Positions 1-11,398 of a DNA stretch of 64,000 nucleotides are shown one piece after another. A program made the position numbers and the translations under genes. Source of the DNA: Vicugna vicugna (Eukaryota); NCBI GenBank assembly GCA_013265495.1, contig MU058824.1, positions 1,205,111 through 1,269,110 on the forward strand, in the 5' to 3' direction. The stretch's first letter is position 1; the number at the start of each line of letters is the position of its first letter. Under the pieces are notes generated by a model that worked only from the letters and a program-made list of their open reading frames with translations, did no database searches and was not told the origin of the DNA.

Positions 1-489
1 GACTTAAGGATAACAGCAGCTGACTCAGCTTTGTACTGTATGCATGCCAGTGTAGTCTGTAAACTCCTCCAGGGCATGGAATAAGCAATGCTCTGTACAT
101 CAATTAAGTCCAATACTGTTACTTGACTAAAGGAACACTTCATATGCTAAGCTCGGTGGAATAGAGTGAATTACATTATTCAAGCTAATAGTAGTGTGGA
201 AATATTACTTATGCTTGATGCATAACTATACTGATTCTCCCACCTGTCCACACATTTATCTTAACCCCCTTCTCAGGCCAATGTCAAAAATTCATTGTTT
301 CCTCCAATGTAGGCCCAGTGTGAAGGGACTCCAAGAATGTATTAGAAGTCAGAAAGAAGCCAACCTGATTTTCAAATTGTGAAGGCAAAATCTGAAAGTG
401 AATAATGAAGATCAGTTACTCATTAGAGGGCTAAAAAAGAAAAATGGGCTTTGCCAGGCAGATAGGTGTCAATATATATTAAGATGTAT

Positions 490-690
490 AGGTTTGGGAT
501 ACACTGACCTCTCAGTGCAAATCCTAACTCCAGCTCTAGTAACTGAGAAATTAACCTCTCCACACCTCATTTTTTTTATCTATAAAATGGGACAAATACC
601 ACTAGCCCTAAGGGTTTCGTTGTGAGGGTCAGTGAATGTACTATTTATGCATCTACATCATGTAAGCTCTTAATAGACAGTAGCTATTAG
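490..690 (+). mobile_element. MIR SINE
   Basis: Core AACCTCT...CCTCATTTT...ATCTATAAAATGGG...GGTTTCGTTGTGAG. Confidence 0.7.
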
Positions 691-1682
691 CACCCTAAAT
701 CTTGAGTTTTTTGTTTTAAAAACATTTGTTCAATTACAGAAACAGAAACGTACTTTCACTTCATTTTAGTTGCTTATACTAAGGCTCTATATTTTCAGTT
801 TCCAGTATTATAGTTTGAATGTTAACAAAGTTTTTCACTCCTCCTTCACCGGGTAAGTAATTGACCACATACACCATCCTGATTTAGTATTTTGGAAAAC
901 GTAGCAAACATTCTCCCTTGAAAACCAGCTATACAGACGACTGATTCAAACTACTGTCACTCAAGATACGGAACAACTCTAGTGATGTTCCTTCGAGGAG
1001 AAATAAAAGCATTTGATCAATTCACAGTCACTCCCATTCAAACGATTCAAACCCTGCAGAGCAAGCAAACGTTCAAGTTTCTACTATGAAAAAGATCTGT
1101 AGCTTTCTGGTTAGTGGATTCACTTCAACACTTCCCCAGACGCACGAAAAGAAGAAACACCTTAATGCCTCCTTGTCCTCACACAAAGCTTCGCAGCAGC
1201 TCCCTTTCCAAAGCCACCCCTGGCTGAAGAAGCAGCCGCTCTCGGCAGGGTCAGGCCAGCGCCGAAGGCCAGGGCGGCCCTGCTGACCCCGAGGGTCTCT
1301 GCCACACGTCGCCCCCTCCCAAGGCTGGGGGAGGCCCTGGAGGCTCAGAGCTCACAGCTCGCCCTGGAAGCCTTCTCCGACCCCTAACCCGCCCTGGAGT
1401 GCCTACGCGCTCGGGGTGCGGTGCCCAGGACAAAGCCACACCGCGCCTCGCGAGGGTCGGGGAGTAGCCCCAGCTGAGCCTATCCCGCCAGCCTCACACC
1501 CTCTGGCCCTCGGCCCGCGCCCAAACGCTCGCCGGAGGGCAGCCCACCACCCTAGACTGCTTCGCCCGACGCCACTTCCCCCGGGGAGCCTACAGCGCCG
1601 GCGGCCGCGGACTGCGGGACAAGTCCACCCGCGCTCGGACCCACGCCCCCGCCCCGCCTCCGCCCCCCGTCCGCGGCTCGCG

Positions 1683-1866
1683 TGGCGGCGGCCGGGCCAG
1701 GAAAGCTCGGCCCCGGCCCTAGCGCCGCCACCTGCGCCCCCGGCCCCGCGCCATGTTTGAGAAAGAGAAGGAGTAGGCGGGGGCCGGGCCAGGAAAGCTC
1801 GGCCCCGGCCCTAGCGCCGCCACCTGCGCCCCCGGCCCCGCGCCATGTTTGAGAAAGAGAAGGAGT
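1683..1866. repeat. 92-bp tandem duplication (2 copies)
   Basis: 1690-1774 is identical to 1782-1866 (85 nt); the full units 1683-1774 and 1775-1866 differ at 2 positions. Confidence 0.95.
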
Positions 1867-1934
1867 GAGCCAGAGGCCGGGCCCAGCCCGCGCGCCCCGC
1901 AGCCGCCCGCCAGCCCTGCCGCGCCGACACTCAC

Positions 1935-2019
1935 CCGTCGTCTCCGGGACCAGCGTCGTCGCCGCCGCCAGCACGAGGAGGAGCAGCCTGGGACGTGGAG
2001 CAGCGTCCGCCGCCTCCAT
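1935..2019 (-). CDS. TGFBR1: TGF-beta receptor type 1 (ALK5), coding part of exon 1 (signal peptide)
   Basis: Kozak GGGACCATGG; translates MEAADAAPRPRLLLLVLAAATTLVPETT + 1 nt, matching the TGFBR1 N-terminus (human MEAAVAAPRPRLLLLVL...); donor GTGAGT at 1934-1929; lies in a CpG island downstream of COL15A1 on the same strand, as in other mammals. Confidence 0.97.
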
Positions 2020-2156
2020 GGTCCCGCCGCCACCGCCTGTGGCCCGGCCCGGCCCGGCCGCCGTCTCGCCTCAGCAAGCTTTGCCTCGCCCCACCTCCCC
2101 CGCCGCCGCGGCGGCCTCGCTCCGGCCCTTTGTAACTGCTCCAGGGCCGCGCGTCC

Positions 2157-2258
2157 ATTGGTTGTCTGGCTCCCGCCGGCCCCGCCTCCCCGCCGTCTGC
2201 GAGCTGCGGAGCGGGACCCAGCGCGGAGCTCTGCCCACGGGCCCTCTAGGCAACCAAT
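2157..2258. promoter_or_regulatory. Pair of CCAAT boxes upstream of TGFBR1
   Basis: ATTGG at 2157-2161 (CCAAT on the gene strand, context AACCAATG) and CCAAT at 2254-2258 (inverted, context AACCAATC); NF-Y binding is inferred. Confidence 0.6.
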
Positions 2259-3469
2259 CCGGAGCCGCGAGCTCTCGGCCGCTGGCCACGCCTCCAGACT
2301 CCCCGGGGGCCGGGCAGCCAGACCCCTGCCCTAGCCATAGCCGGTCCGAGCTCGGAGGAGGCCGGGTTGGGGCAGGGGTCTAGCTACCCTCGGCACTGCC
2401 AGGCCACCAGCCACTGGGGTGAGGACTGAACGATGGGTGTGTCTGCATGTGAGTCGCTTTCGGAAAAAGGCTGTGGCTGCTCGACGCTCTTTTCTTCTAG
2501 CTTTTTTTCTTCTAACCTAAGATCTGGTACTGAGCCTGACCTCCATTCACAGCCCTGCACCATCAATCCCCTGCACATTCACCCAGATCCTCAGTATAGT
2601 CAGGCAGGCTTCAACTTCCCCTCCCCAGATCCACGCCTCAGCTTTCAACATCCCCCTAAGATCCTACCTCAGTGCCTTCCAGTCTCCTGCTTCCTCCCGC
2701 TTACCAGAGCCCGCTCCCAAACCTACGTACTACCTCCCTTCAAATTCTAGGCCCAGAATGTCTCCAAATTCTGGCCTCAGATCCCAGCCCCAGACTTCAG
2801 ATCCTGAGCTCAGACACAGCCCCGAATAACCTCCCTCCCCTCTCCGGAACTCAGAGCAGACCCAGACTGGACTCCAAACCACACTCCTTCCCTCTTACCC
2901 CTTCCTGATCCAGGTGGGAAAGGGAAGATCCCCACCCCGACCCCTAAAGAAGAGGGATTCCCCTTCTTAGCAGGCAGCACCCCCCCGGAGAGAGGAGGAG
3001 CAGTCATTACTTTAAGCTGCTTCTGACACTCCTGCACAATAATTCTGAGATGTCACTAGAAACCCAAATAAACTCGGCTACGTTTTCATTCTGAATTTCT
3101 AATTGACTGTGAGACGCTCCACCCACCTTCCCTCTGGGACGCCAAAATGAGCTCCAGATTTGTAATTCTTCCTGTCAGACTAGTCCTCTCCTCAGACACA
3201 AACACAGCCGAGGAGGCTGTTACATAGAACAGAGAACATTTTTCCACAGAACCTTTTAAGGAGAAAATTTTATTTTCTGTGTGATCTGAACTTGGAATTA
3301 AATAAACCTTGGTAGCAGGAATCAGAACCAGCCTCTAGTATCGATTTGTAAATTACTTTAGCGCTACTCAGTGAGCATTTTACAAGCCTGAGAAGACTTC
3401 CCTTCTGAGCAGTAAAGAAAGGGACAGGGTGGGGGTGTTGGAGCTGAGATCTGAGACAGGCACTGTTTC

Positions 3470-3580
3470 CTTCAGCTTGAACACTTACTTGAGCAAGTCA
3501 GTTAACCTTACTGAGCCTCCATTTCTTCATCCATAAAATGGAAATAATATCTACCTACCAAGGTTAGTGAGAGGATATGT
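3470..3580 (+). mobile_element. MIR SINE fragment
   Basis: GAGCAAGTCAGTTAACCTTACTGAGCCTCCATTTCTTCATCCATAAAATGG. Confidence 0.75.
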
Positions 3581-4460
3581 TAAGATTTGGGGGCTCCCTT
3601 TTTCCCTTTCAAATTCTACTTCTAGGCCCTCTCTCCAGATCCCTCACCTGCTCCTCTCCTCTGGGCAAGGAAGGAAGGGCCTGGTGTACATACACTGAAC
3701 CACCTCACTAGGGATGCAGCTACTGCTGAAACCAAGGTTACAGCCTGCTCTCTGTGGCTGCCTGTGACCACCAGCAGGAAGCTTTCTTCTTGCTCCCTGC
3801 AGCAGGCAGGCCAAGCCTAGACAGCCTGCTTCTGCCAGTCTGCTTTCTCAGTTCCAGTTTCTTCAGTGGAGACACCCGAGGTCTCTAGATTGCCTTTCTG
3901 CTGCTCTAGTCTCAATATCTTACTTAAGAGCTCAAGAGATACTTATTGTGTGACTGAATACATGAATGAATGAATGATTCATCTCAGGCAAGTGACTGTT
4001 CTTTTCTTATCTTTAGGTTCTTCAACTCTAAAATAGAAATATAATAGCGCCTACCCATTTATAAATAAAAGGGATTGAATCACATGTTTTGGGTCCTTTA
4101 AATGATGTAATGTGTCTGAACGGTGTCTGGAACATAATAAATATTTAGTAATGTCACTTCCTTTCCCCATCCCCTTCCAGCTCTCTGTGATTCTAATCAG
4201 TATTCATACTCATGGTTATCCGTGCCTTTGCCTTACTGAGCCTCAGGCAATCAGTGTCAGGATATCTTCTATGACACACTTCTGTGTCCTTCACATTTTC
4301 CATGGAATTGAGTGTGTTCATTGGAAAACTGAGGAAGAGGAAGGAGAAACAGACTATTTTTAATTTTTTTATTTTCCTGATATTTGGCGGAAATTTCCAT
4401 GAGCCACAGATCCATAAATAAACTACATTAGAATGGAGCAGTAAGTTATAAATTTATAAT

Positions 4461-4649
4461 TGTGGTTCTCAAACTTTAAAATGTCTCCAAATTACCAGGG
4501 GAGCTTTTTAAAATGCAGATTTTCCTGGTATCAGCCCTAGAGAGTATGCTCCACTTCATCTGAAGGCGGTCCAGGAGTCTGCATATGTAATAAACACCCC
4601 TAGGGGATTCTGCTGCAGGTGTCACCAGGTCACACTTCAAAGAGACACT
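4461..4649. mobile_element. MER5A-like hAT-Charlie DNA transposon relic
   Basis: Starts GTGGTTCTCAAACTTT; internal CTGCATATGTAATAAACACCCC...GATTCTGCTGCAGG; about 190 bp. Confidence 0.7.
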
Positions 4650-4729
4650 TGCTTTAGGAAGAGTGACCTTAAAATTCAGTAAGTAAAAATGCATGTGCTT
4701 ATTTCACTTTTTGAGAAAGGGTGGGCAAT

Positions 4730-4930
4730 AGAAGGGAACCTCTGGCTTTGGAGGCCTGTAGGTCCTGGTTGGAATCCTGGCTCTGCCATTCACTAGATGT
4801 AGAAACTGTGCACACCCCTTATCTCTCTAAGATTTCACATCCCCTGGTGTAAAATGGGATAATGGCACTGACTCATTTATTTGTTGTAAGGTCTAAATAA
4901 GCTCTTGCACATGAATAATCCATTATAAAT
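4730..4930 (+). mobile_element. MIR SINE
   Basis: GAATCCTGGCTCTGCCATTCACTAG...TGTAAAATGGGATAATG. Confidence 0.75.
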
Positions 4931-5184
4931 GTTAATTCCCTTCAAAGTCTCTGTAGGCTCTCAAGGAACACAGGTTGTTCACTCCAATATCTTGATTTAA
5001 AGGAAAAGAAACTGAGGACCAGTCCCCCAGCAAGTCAGAGGCAGAGCCAAGACTAGGAGAACCTCACTCCAGGGCCTTGTCCCATGCACAGTGCTACCTC
5101 TCCATCTTTATGCGGAGTACATTGTTTACTTTTCATTTTGGATTATTCCCTTAAGTGAGAAGTTTTCTCTCAAACAGAGAGCAG

Positions 5185-5640
5185 AGACTGCTAGTTGCCT
5201 AATCTATATCCATTCCTTTGTTCACTTTATAACAGATTCCTCGTTTCCTTTGAGAGAAGAATTCACTTAGCTAAAAACTTCCCAGGCTCCTGGCACCTAG
5301 ATATGGCCATGTGTTCTGGCCAAACAAACATAATCAGAAATCTACCAGTCAAAACTTATGGGAAAGATACTGTTTTCTTCATAAACAAGAGACAGATTGA
5401 TCACATTCTCACCCTCCTTCTGTCTGGAACACAGTTGTAATGCCTGGAAGTGCAGCAGCCATCTTATGAATATAAGGATGATGGCCCTAACTAGAAATAA
5501 TAGAAAAATGGAGAAAGTCTGGGTCCTTAATAAATTCCTTGAGCAACTATACTAGCTCAAAAATGCTTACCCATATAGTTCTTATTTTATGAGAAAAATA
5601 AACATCTTTTTTGTAATCCTAAAACACTTCAACTCTAGCA
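5185..5640. mobile_element. Ancient ERVL-type solo LTR (LTR33-like)
   Basis: Motifs TATCCATTCC...AACAGA, GCAGCCATCTT, TGAGAAAAATAAAC. Confidence 0.55.
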
Positions 5641-5724
5641 GTATGCCATCTATCTATTGCTATATATTATATTTCTATCTTATTTTTTAACCCACAAGAT
5701 ATAATTGATTTATATCATTATGGC

Positions 5725-6190
5725 TTCTATTGCTAAATCTTGGTACTCCTCACTGAATAACAAATCACCTCAAAACTCAGTGGCTTAGAATAATAACTGT
5801 GTATTATTTCTCATGAGACTATGGATAGGCTAAGCAGTTTTTCTGGTCTAGGCCAATTTAAGCTGATTTCAACAGAGCTCACATATGAATCTGCTGTCAG
5901 GTAGCAGGTCAACTAGATACTAAACAGGTCTATAATGGTCCAGATCAGCTCTTCTGTGTGGTTTTTCATCCTCTAGCAGGCTAGTCTGAACTTGCTAACA
6001 TGACAGTTCAGGGGTCTAAGATAATGAATAGAAGTTTACTACTGGCACAACATAATTTCTGCCACACCCTATTGGTTTGAGCATGAATTGGGCCGGACCT
6101 AAATTCAAAGGGTGGGGACGTAGACTCCAACTCCTAATAAAAGGAGCTACAAAATCAAATTACAAAGGATTTTTGTAATTTGCATGGAGA
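5725..6190. mobile_element. MLT1-type MaLR solo LTR
   Basis: ATAACAAATCACCTCAAAACTCAGTGGCTTA...TTCTGCCACACCCTATTGG...TAGACTCCA. Confidence 0.7.
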
Positions 6191-6599
6191 CAAGGAGAAG
6201 AATAAATGTGCTTATTTTTGAAAACTCTTTTTACTACTTTTTCTGATCTTCGTTTCTTTTTACCTCTAGACTTTCCATCTCAAATCACTTCTGCCTGAAT
6301 TCCCTTTAGTGAGTCAATTAGTGGCAAACAATTTTAGTTTTGTTTGACTGAAATGTCTATACTTAATCCTTATTTTGGGACAGTGTTTTCATTGGACATA
6401 GAATTCTAGGGTGTTGATTACTTTGTCTTAACAATTGAAGACATCATTATATTATCTCTGGCTTCCATTGTTGTTTTTATGAAATCAGATATTGGTCGAT
6501 TTCCCCTTTGTAGGTAATCTGTGTTTTCTCTCTGATTTTAAAAATATATTATATTTTATAAATAAAAAATTTATAAATAAATAAATAATATAAATAAGA

Positions 6600-7380
6600 A
6601 TACTTACTTTTTAGATTCACAGCTAAACTGAAATTACATGGATCCCATATATTCCCTGCCCTCTCCATGCACAGCCCGCCCCCCACTATCAATATTCCCC
6701 ATCAGAGTGGTACATTTGTTACAATCAATGAACCTACATCGACACATCACTATCACCCAGAGTCTATGGTTTACATTAGAATTCACTCTTGGTATTGTAA
6801 ATTTTATAGGTTTTGACATGTATAATGGCATGTATCCACCACTATAGTATCATACAGAGTAATTTCACTGACCTAAAAATCCTCTGTGTTCAGTTTAATC
6901 ATCCCTCCCTCCCCCTAACACTTGGCAGCTACTGATTTTTTTTACTGTCTCCATAGTTTTGACTTTTCCAGAATGTCATATAGTCAGAATCATACAGTAT
7001 GTAGTCTTTTAAGATCTGCTTCCTTCATTTAGTAATATGCATTTAAGTTTCCTCCGTATCTTTTCATCGCTTGATAGGTCATTTCTTTTTAGCACTGAAT
7101 AATATTCCATTGTATAGATTTATTAAAGTTTATGCATTTAGCAATTGAAGGACATCTTGGTTACTTCCAAGTTTGGGCAATTATGGATAAAACTGCTATT
7201 AACATCCATGTGCAGGTTTTTGTTTTCAACTCATTTGAGTAAGTACCAAGGATCATGATTGTTGGAGCATATGATAAAAGTATGTTTAATTTTGTAAGCA
7301 ATTGCCAAACTATCATCTAAAATGGCTGTACCATTCTGCATCTCCACTAGCAATGAAGGAGAGTCCTGTCGCTCCTTACC
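6600..7380 (-). mobile_element. L1MC-like 3' end fragment
   Basis: CAGAGTGGTACATTTGTTACAATCAATGAACCTAC...GAATAATATTCCATTGTAT...ACCATTCTGCATCTCCACTAGCAATG. Confidence 0.8.
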
Positions 7381-7524
7381 TGGATGCCTTATTTTATTGA
7401 ATTTTTCGTCTCCAGAAGCTTCATTTGGTTCTTTTAAAAATCTTCTATTTTTCCTCTCATTGTGTCCACTTTTTTTTTTTACATCCCTAAACATATGAAG
7501 CATAGTTATAACAGCAGGTTTTTT

Positions 7525-8228
7525 TTTAGATTTTCTTAAATTGAAACATAGTTGATTTACAATGTTGTGTTAGTTTCTGGTATACCGCATAGTGATTCAG
7601 TTATACATATATTCTTTTTCATATTCTTTATCATTATAGGTTATTATAAGATATTGAATATAGCTCCCTGTGTTAAACTTTAGGACTTTGTTGTTTATCT
7701 ATTTTATATATAGTAGTTAGTATCTGCAAATCCCAGACTCCTAATTTGTCCCTCCTCCTACTTTCCCCTTTGGTAACCATAAGTTTATTTTCTATGTCTG
7801 TGAATCTATTTTATAAATAAGATCATTTGAGATCATTTGTGTCCTTTTTTTAGTTTCTACATTAAGTGATCTCATATGACACTTGTCTTTCTCTGCCTGA
7901 CTTACTTCACTTAGTATGATAATGTCTAGGTCCATCCATGTTGCTACAAATTCAATTATTTCATTCTTTTTGGGGGGTGGTTTATTAGGTTTGTTTGCTT
8001 GTTTGCTTGTTTGTTTGTTTGTTTATTTTAATGGAGGTACTGGGGATTGAACCCAGAACCTTGTGCACATTAAGCATACAGTCTATCCCTAACCTATACC
8101 CTCCCCTCGTTCATCCTTTTTTATGGCTGAGTAGTATTCCATTGTATGCATATACCACAACTTTTTTATCCAATCATCTGTTGATGGACAGTTAGGTTGT
8201 TTCCATGTCTTGGCTATTGTAAATAGTG
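7525..8228 (-). mobile_element. Younger artiodactyl-type L1 3' end, interrupted by a SINE
   Basis: TAGTTGATTTACAATGTTGTGTTAGTTTCTGG...CTGACTTACTTCACTTAGTATGATAAT...TGGCTGAGTAGTATTCCATTG. Confidence 0.8.
7972..8109 (-). mobile_element. tRNA-derived SINE, camelid vic-1-like
   Basis: Minus strand reads GGGGAGGGTATAG...GGGTTCAATCCCCAGTACCTCCATTAAAAATAAAC...AAACCTAAT (B box GGTTCAATCC); flanked by a 12-bp TSD TTCATTCTTTTT (7960-7971) / TTCATCCTTTTT (8110-8121). Confidence 0.85.
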
Positions 8229-8229
8229 A

Positions 8230-9330
8230 TAATAGCTGTTTTATTATACATACTTGTCAGGTAATTTCATCTTCTCTGCTGTTTCTGGGTCTGTTTCTGT
8301 TTACTGATATTTTGGGCTCACTTTTTCCTACTGCTTCTTATTTCTAGCTATTTTTTTATTGGATGCCAGACATTGTAAATTTTAGGGTGTAGAATGCTTG
8401 ATTTTGTTGTATTCCTGTAAAGAGTCTTGAATTTTTTCTGCCAGTGAGTTAAGTTACTTGCAGATTAGTTTGATTCTTTTGAGGCTTATTTTAAAACTCC
8501 TTTATGCCAAGTCCAAAGTAGTCATTATTCTAACACTAATTTTGCCGCACTTGTAAGGTATGCCCTTTCTGGGGTCTCTCTTAAATGCTCTATATATTCA
8601 ACAAGGTGCCTCTATTCTGGCTGGAGAGAACTCAAGTGATTCCTGACCTGGTCTGAACTCTGAGAATTGTCTATTTCATAGCTTCTTAGTAATTTTTCTT
8701 TCCTCCAAAGTTGTTCTTGCCAGGCTTGTGGGGTTTCCCTTCACGTGTGCATAGATTAATATTCAACCAAAGGCTCAAACAGACCCCTGTGCAGATTTCT
8801 AAACACTCTGCATAGCTCCTTTCTCTCCAGAACTCTGCCTTGCAAATTCTAGCAGGTGCAGATTCCCTGAGCACTGGTCTATATCTCAACTCAGAAGAAA
8901 TCTTGAGCATCTACGTTTGTTACCCATTTGCGTATCATCTTTTGTGAAGTGTCTGTCCAAGTCTTTTGCCCACGTCTTTGATTAATAATTTCTAAGAGTT
9001 ATCTATGTAATCTGGATATGAGTCCTTTGTCAGATGTGTGTATGGTAAATAGTTTTGCTCTGACTGTTATTTCATTGTTATCTTCAAAAAGCAGGAGTTT
9101 TCAATTTTTTTCTTTTATAAAAATTAGGTTTTTCTCTTTTCTGTCTAGAAAATATTTGTCTACACTCAATCACAAAGATCTTCTCCTATACATTCTTCTA
9201 GATGCTTTATAGCTTTAGCTTTTACATTTAAGTCTTTAAGCAACCTTGAATTAACTCTTGTGTGACATGTGAGGTATGAATCAAGTTTCAGTATTTTCCA
9301 CACTGACAGTCAGTTAATCCAGCATGACTC
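8230..9330 (-). mobile_element. Old L1 (L1M-type) fragments
   Basis: T-rich antisense L1 tracts such as TTTTGTGAAGTGTCTGTCCAAGTCTTTTGCCCA and AGTCCTTTGTCAGATG. Confidence 0.65.
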
Positions 9331-9986
9331 TAAGTACTTTAAGGAAATTCTTTAAGGTCTGAGATAAAGGTAGGTTCCTCTATCAAAGATGTACACCAGT
9401 TCTGGCCACTGGTATTACTGCCAGTCTCACATTACCCTAGCAAATTATTGGCTTGAGTTTGGGGGAAGGGGGTTGTTTGTTTACTGTTAAGAACACACAA
9501 GTAATATGACCATGGGCCTCAAACTACATGAGAGACAGCCTGTGGTCCCAGATTCTCAGTAATGACCTTATTTTTCCTTTTGAGCTCATCTCCTAGGTTC
9601 TTGCAACTCCCTGGTGGTTGATGCAGTTAGCACTTATTTCTGGTTTACACTTCCACTGGGAGTATAGACCTTTGGGGGTCTCACCTTCATGGGCAAGGTG
9701 TCCAGGGGGCCTTGGATGGCCCTGGTCCCTGTACTGTGTCATTCCCTATCCTCTGTGAGGCCAGACAACAGAAGTTCAAATCCACCTGGTTCAGTAAACG
9801 CCCTCAGAGCAACAGCCAGGGCGGCACTTCAGCTGAGCTCCTTCTTTCACTTACTCCTCCCTCAGCATTTTGGCCTGAGACTCTCTTACTTTCTTGCCAG
9901 CTCACAAATGCATTTAGGAAGATATGTTTCCTCTGCATTTTGAATTTTTTCCTCGGGAGGGTCAATCCACCAGTTACCAGGAATGA

Positions 9987-10360
9987 AACTCCTACTACTA
10001 ACATCCTCCAGACATCTTCAAAATTGCTATCCCGTTTTCTGTTCAAGCAGGACACAGTGGTAACTGTTACAGGGAATAAAGGGGGTTCAAACAAAAGCTG
10101 TTTTGCCAAAACCATACACGAGGAATTCAGCTTCTGGCAGTGTCTCTACTGCTTCTCAAACATTACAAATATGCTCCCAGGCTGTCTAGCCCCACTCGCC
10201 TCTGTCAAGCTGGTTTCCCCCAAATGCTTGGGTTCCTTTTAAGAAAATGTTTTCTGTTTTGTATTGTTTTGTTTTCACTTAGACTTTTGTTATAAAAGTC
10301 TAATTTTTAAAATACTGCCGATAAAGATTTGTCCCTCTGGAAACTTTCTCTGCTTTGAAG

Positions 10361-10391
<31 letters not shown>

Positions 10392-11366
10392 ATTAATTTG
10401 ATAAATGTCCCATGGATACTGGAAAACAGAGGTGGACTCTGTTTTGTTCACGTGAATTTGTGAGCAGGTAAGTGTGTGTATATTTAATCCTTTGCTTATT
10501 GGTGCATTAAGCTCCCCCCACTGCTTTCCCTGTTTCCCCAGAGATACACCCTCTGGCCTTCACCACCGTCCTTACCTCATCAGAGAACTAAAAAGTAATG
10601 TCAACTTCGTGGCCCCTGTGATTAAGGGCTGGGGGTTAGCAGGCTTGAGTCGTCTTCTCTCTGACCCTGAGAAGCAGTCCCAAAGCTGCAGACAGTGGCT
10701 CTGTTCGCCACCATCCTGCCCTCAAACAGTTGGACGTTAAGCAGTCCCTGCCTCTCTCTCTGGGACTCAGCCTCCAGCAGGCTGATACCTAGGTTCTGCC
10801 TTGCTCCCATGTTGCACTGGTCTCCTGTATTATCCACAATTCCACTGGCCCAGACTCCTTTTCATCATCCCCCTTCCAAGACTGGAATCTCTGACCAAAA
10901 CTGAGCTCAGTGGATGAGCGTTTGCTCCGTGCAGCCTGACCTCCCCATGTGGTTGCCTCTGCTTTTCAAGTACCCATTGCTGCTCTCTCTTTGTCTGTGG
11001 AAACATCTTGCTCCCTGTTGGCATCTCCAGAGCTGACTGCCTGCATGTCATCACCTTTCACTCTTTCCCTGGTTGCTGTCCGCCTGACTAAACTCTGCCT
11101 CACTATGGTCACCTATCCTGCCTCCAGGTTAGTCTGCCCTATCCAGTCGCATTGTCTCAGGGAGAGCCTAGCTTTTCCCCATGGTCAGCCAGGAAGAGTC
11201 CCTTGTGGTCAAGACAAATTAAGGGTTTTCAAAGGTTCCACTACCCCTTCCCCTTGGCTCAAATTTCCCTTTAATCACATGTACAAAGAAAAAAAAAGCC
11301 AGAAGACATGGAGCACATGCTCATGTGGCCACTTTGTAGGAGATCAGCACAAGTTTAATTCTACAG

Positions 11367-11398
<32 letters not shown>

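Larger units (their letters stand above)
1..1934 (-). other. TGFBR1: TGFBR1 intron 1, 5' part (continues beyond the window)
   Basis: Begins GTGAGT after exon 1; no exon 2 (LQCFC...) sequence seen in the window. Confidence 0.9.
1240..2480. promoter_or_regulatory. TGFBR1: CpG island and TATA-less GC-rich promoter plus 5'UTR of TGFBR1
   Basis: Very high GC and CpG density; GC boxes (e.g. CCCCGCCCC near 1646); 5'UTR GGCCGGGCCGGGCCGGGCCACAGGCGGTGGCGGCGGGACC before the ATG. Confidence 0.92.

Noticed and set aside
1251..2383. Many overlapping 60-170 aa ORFs on both strands in the CpG island
   Set aside because: Expected from stop-codon scarcity in GC-rich DNA; only 1935-2019 is real coding sequence, and ORF 1552-2019 simply reads through the splice donor
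2580..2880. Recurring CAGATCC/CCCAGA words upstream of the TGFBR1 promoter
   Set aside because: No fixed period or spacer structure; low-complexity C-rich sequence
8030..8106. tRNA-like sequence with a B box
   Set aside because: SINE head with a degenerate A box, an A-rich tail and a TSD; not a tRNA gene
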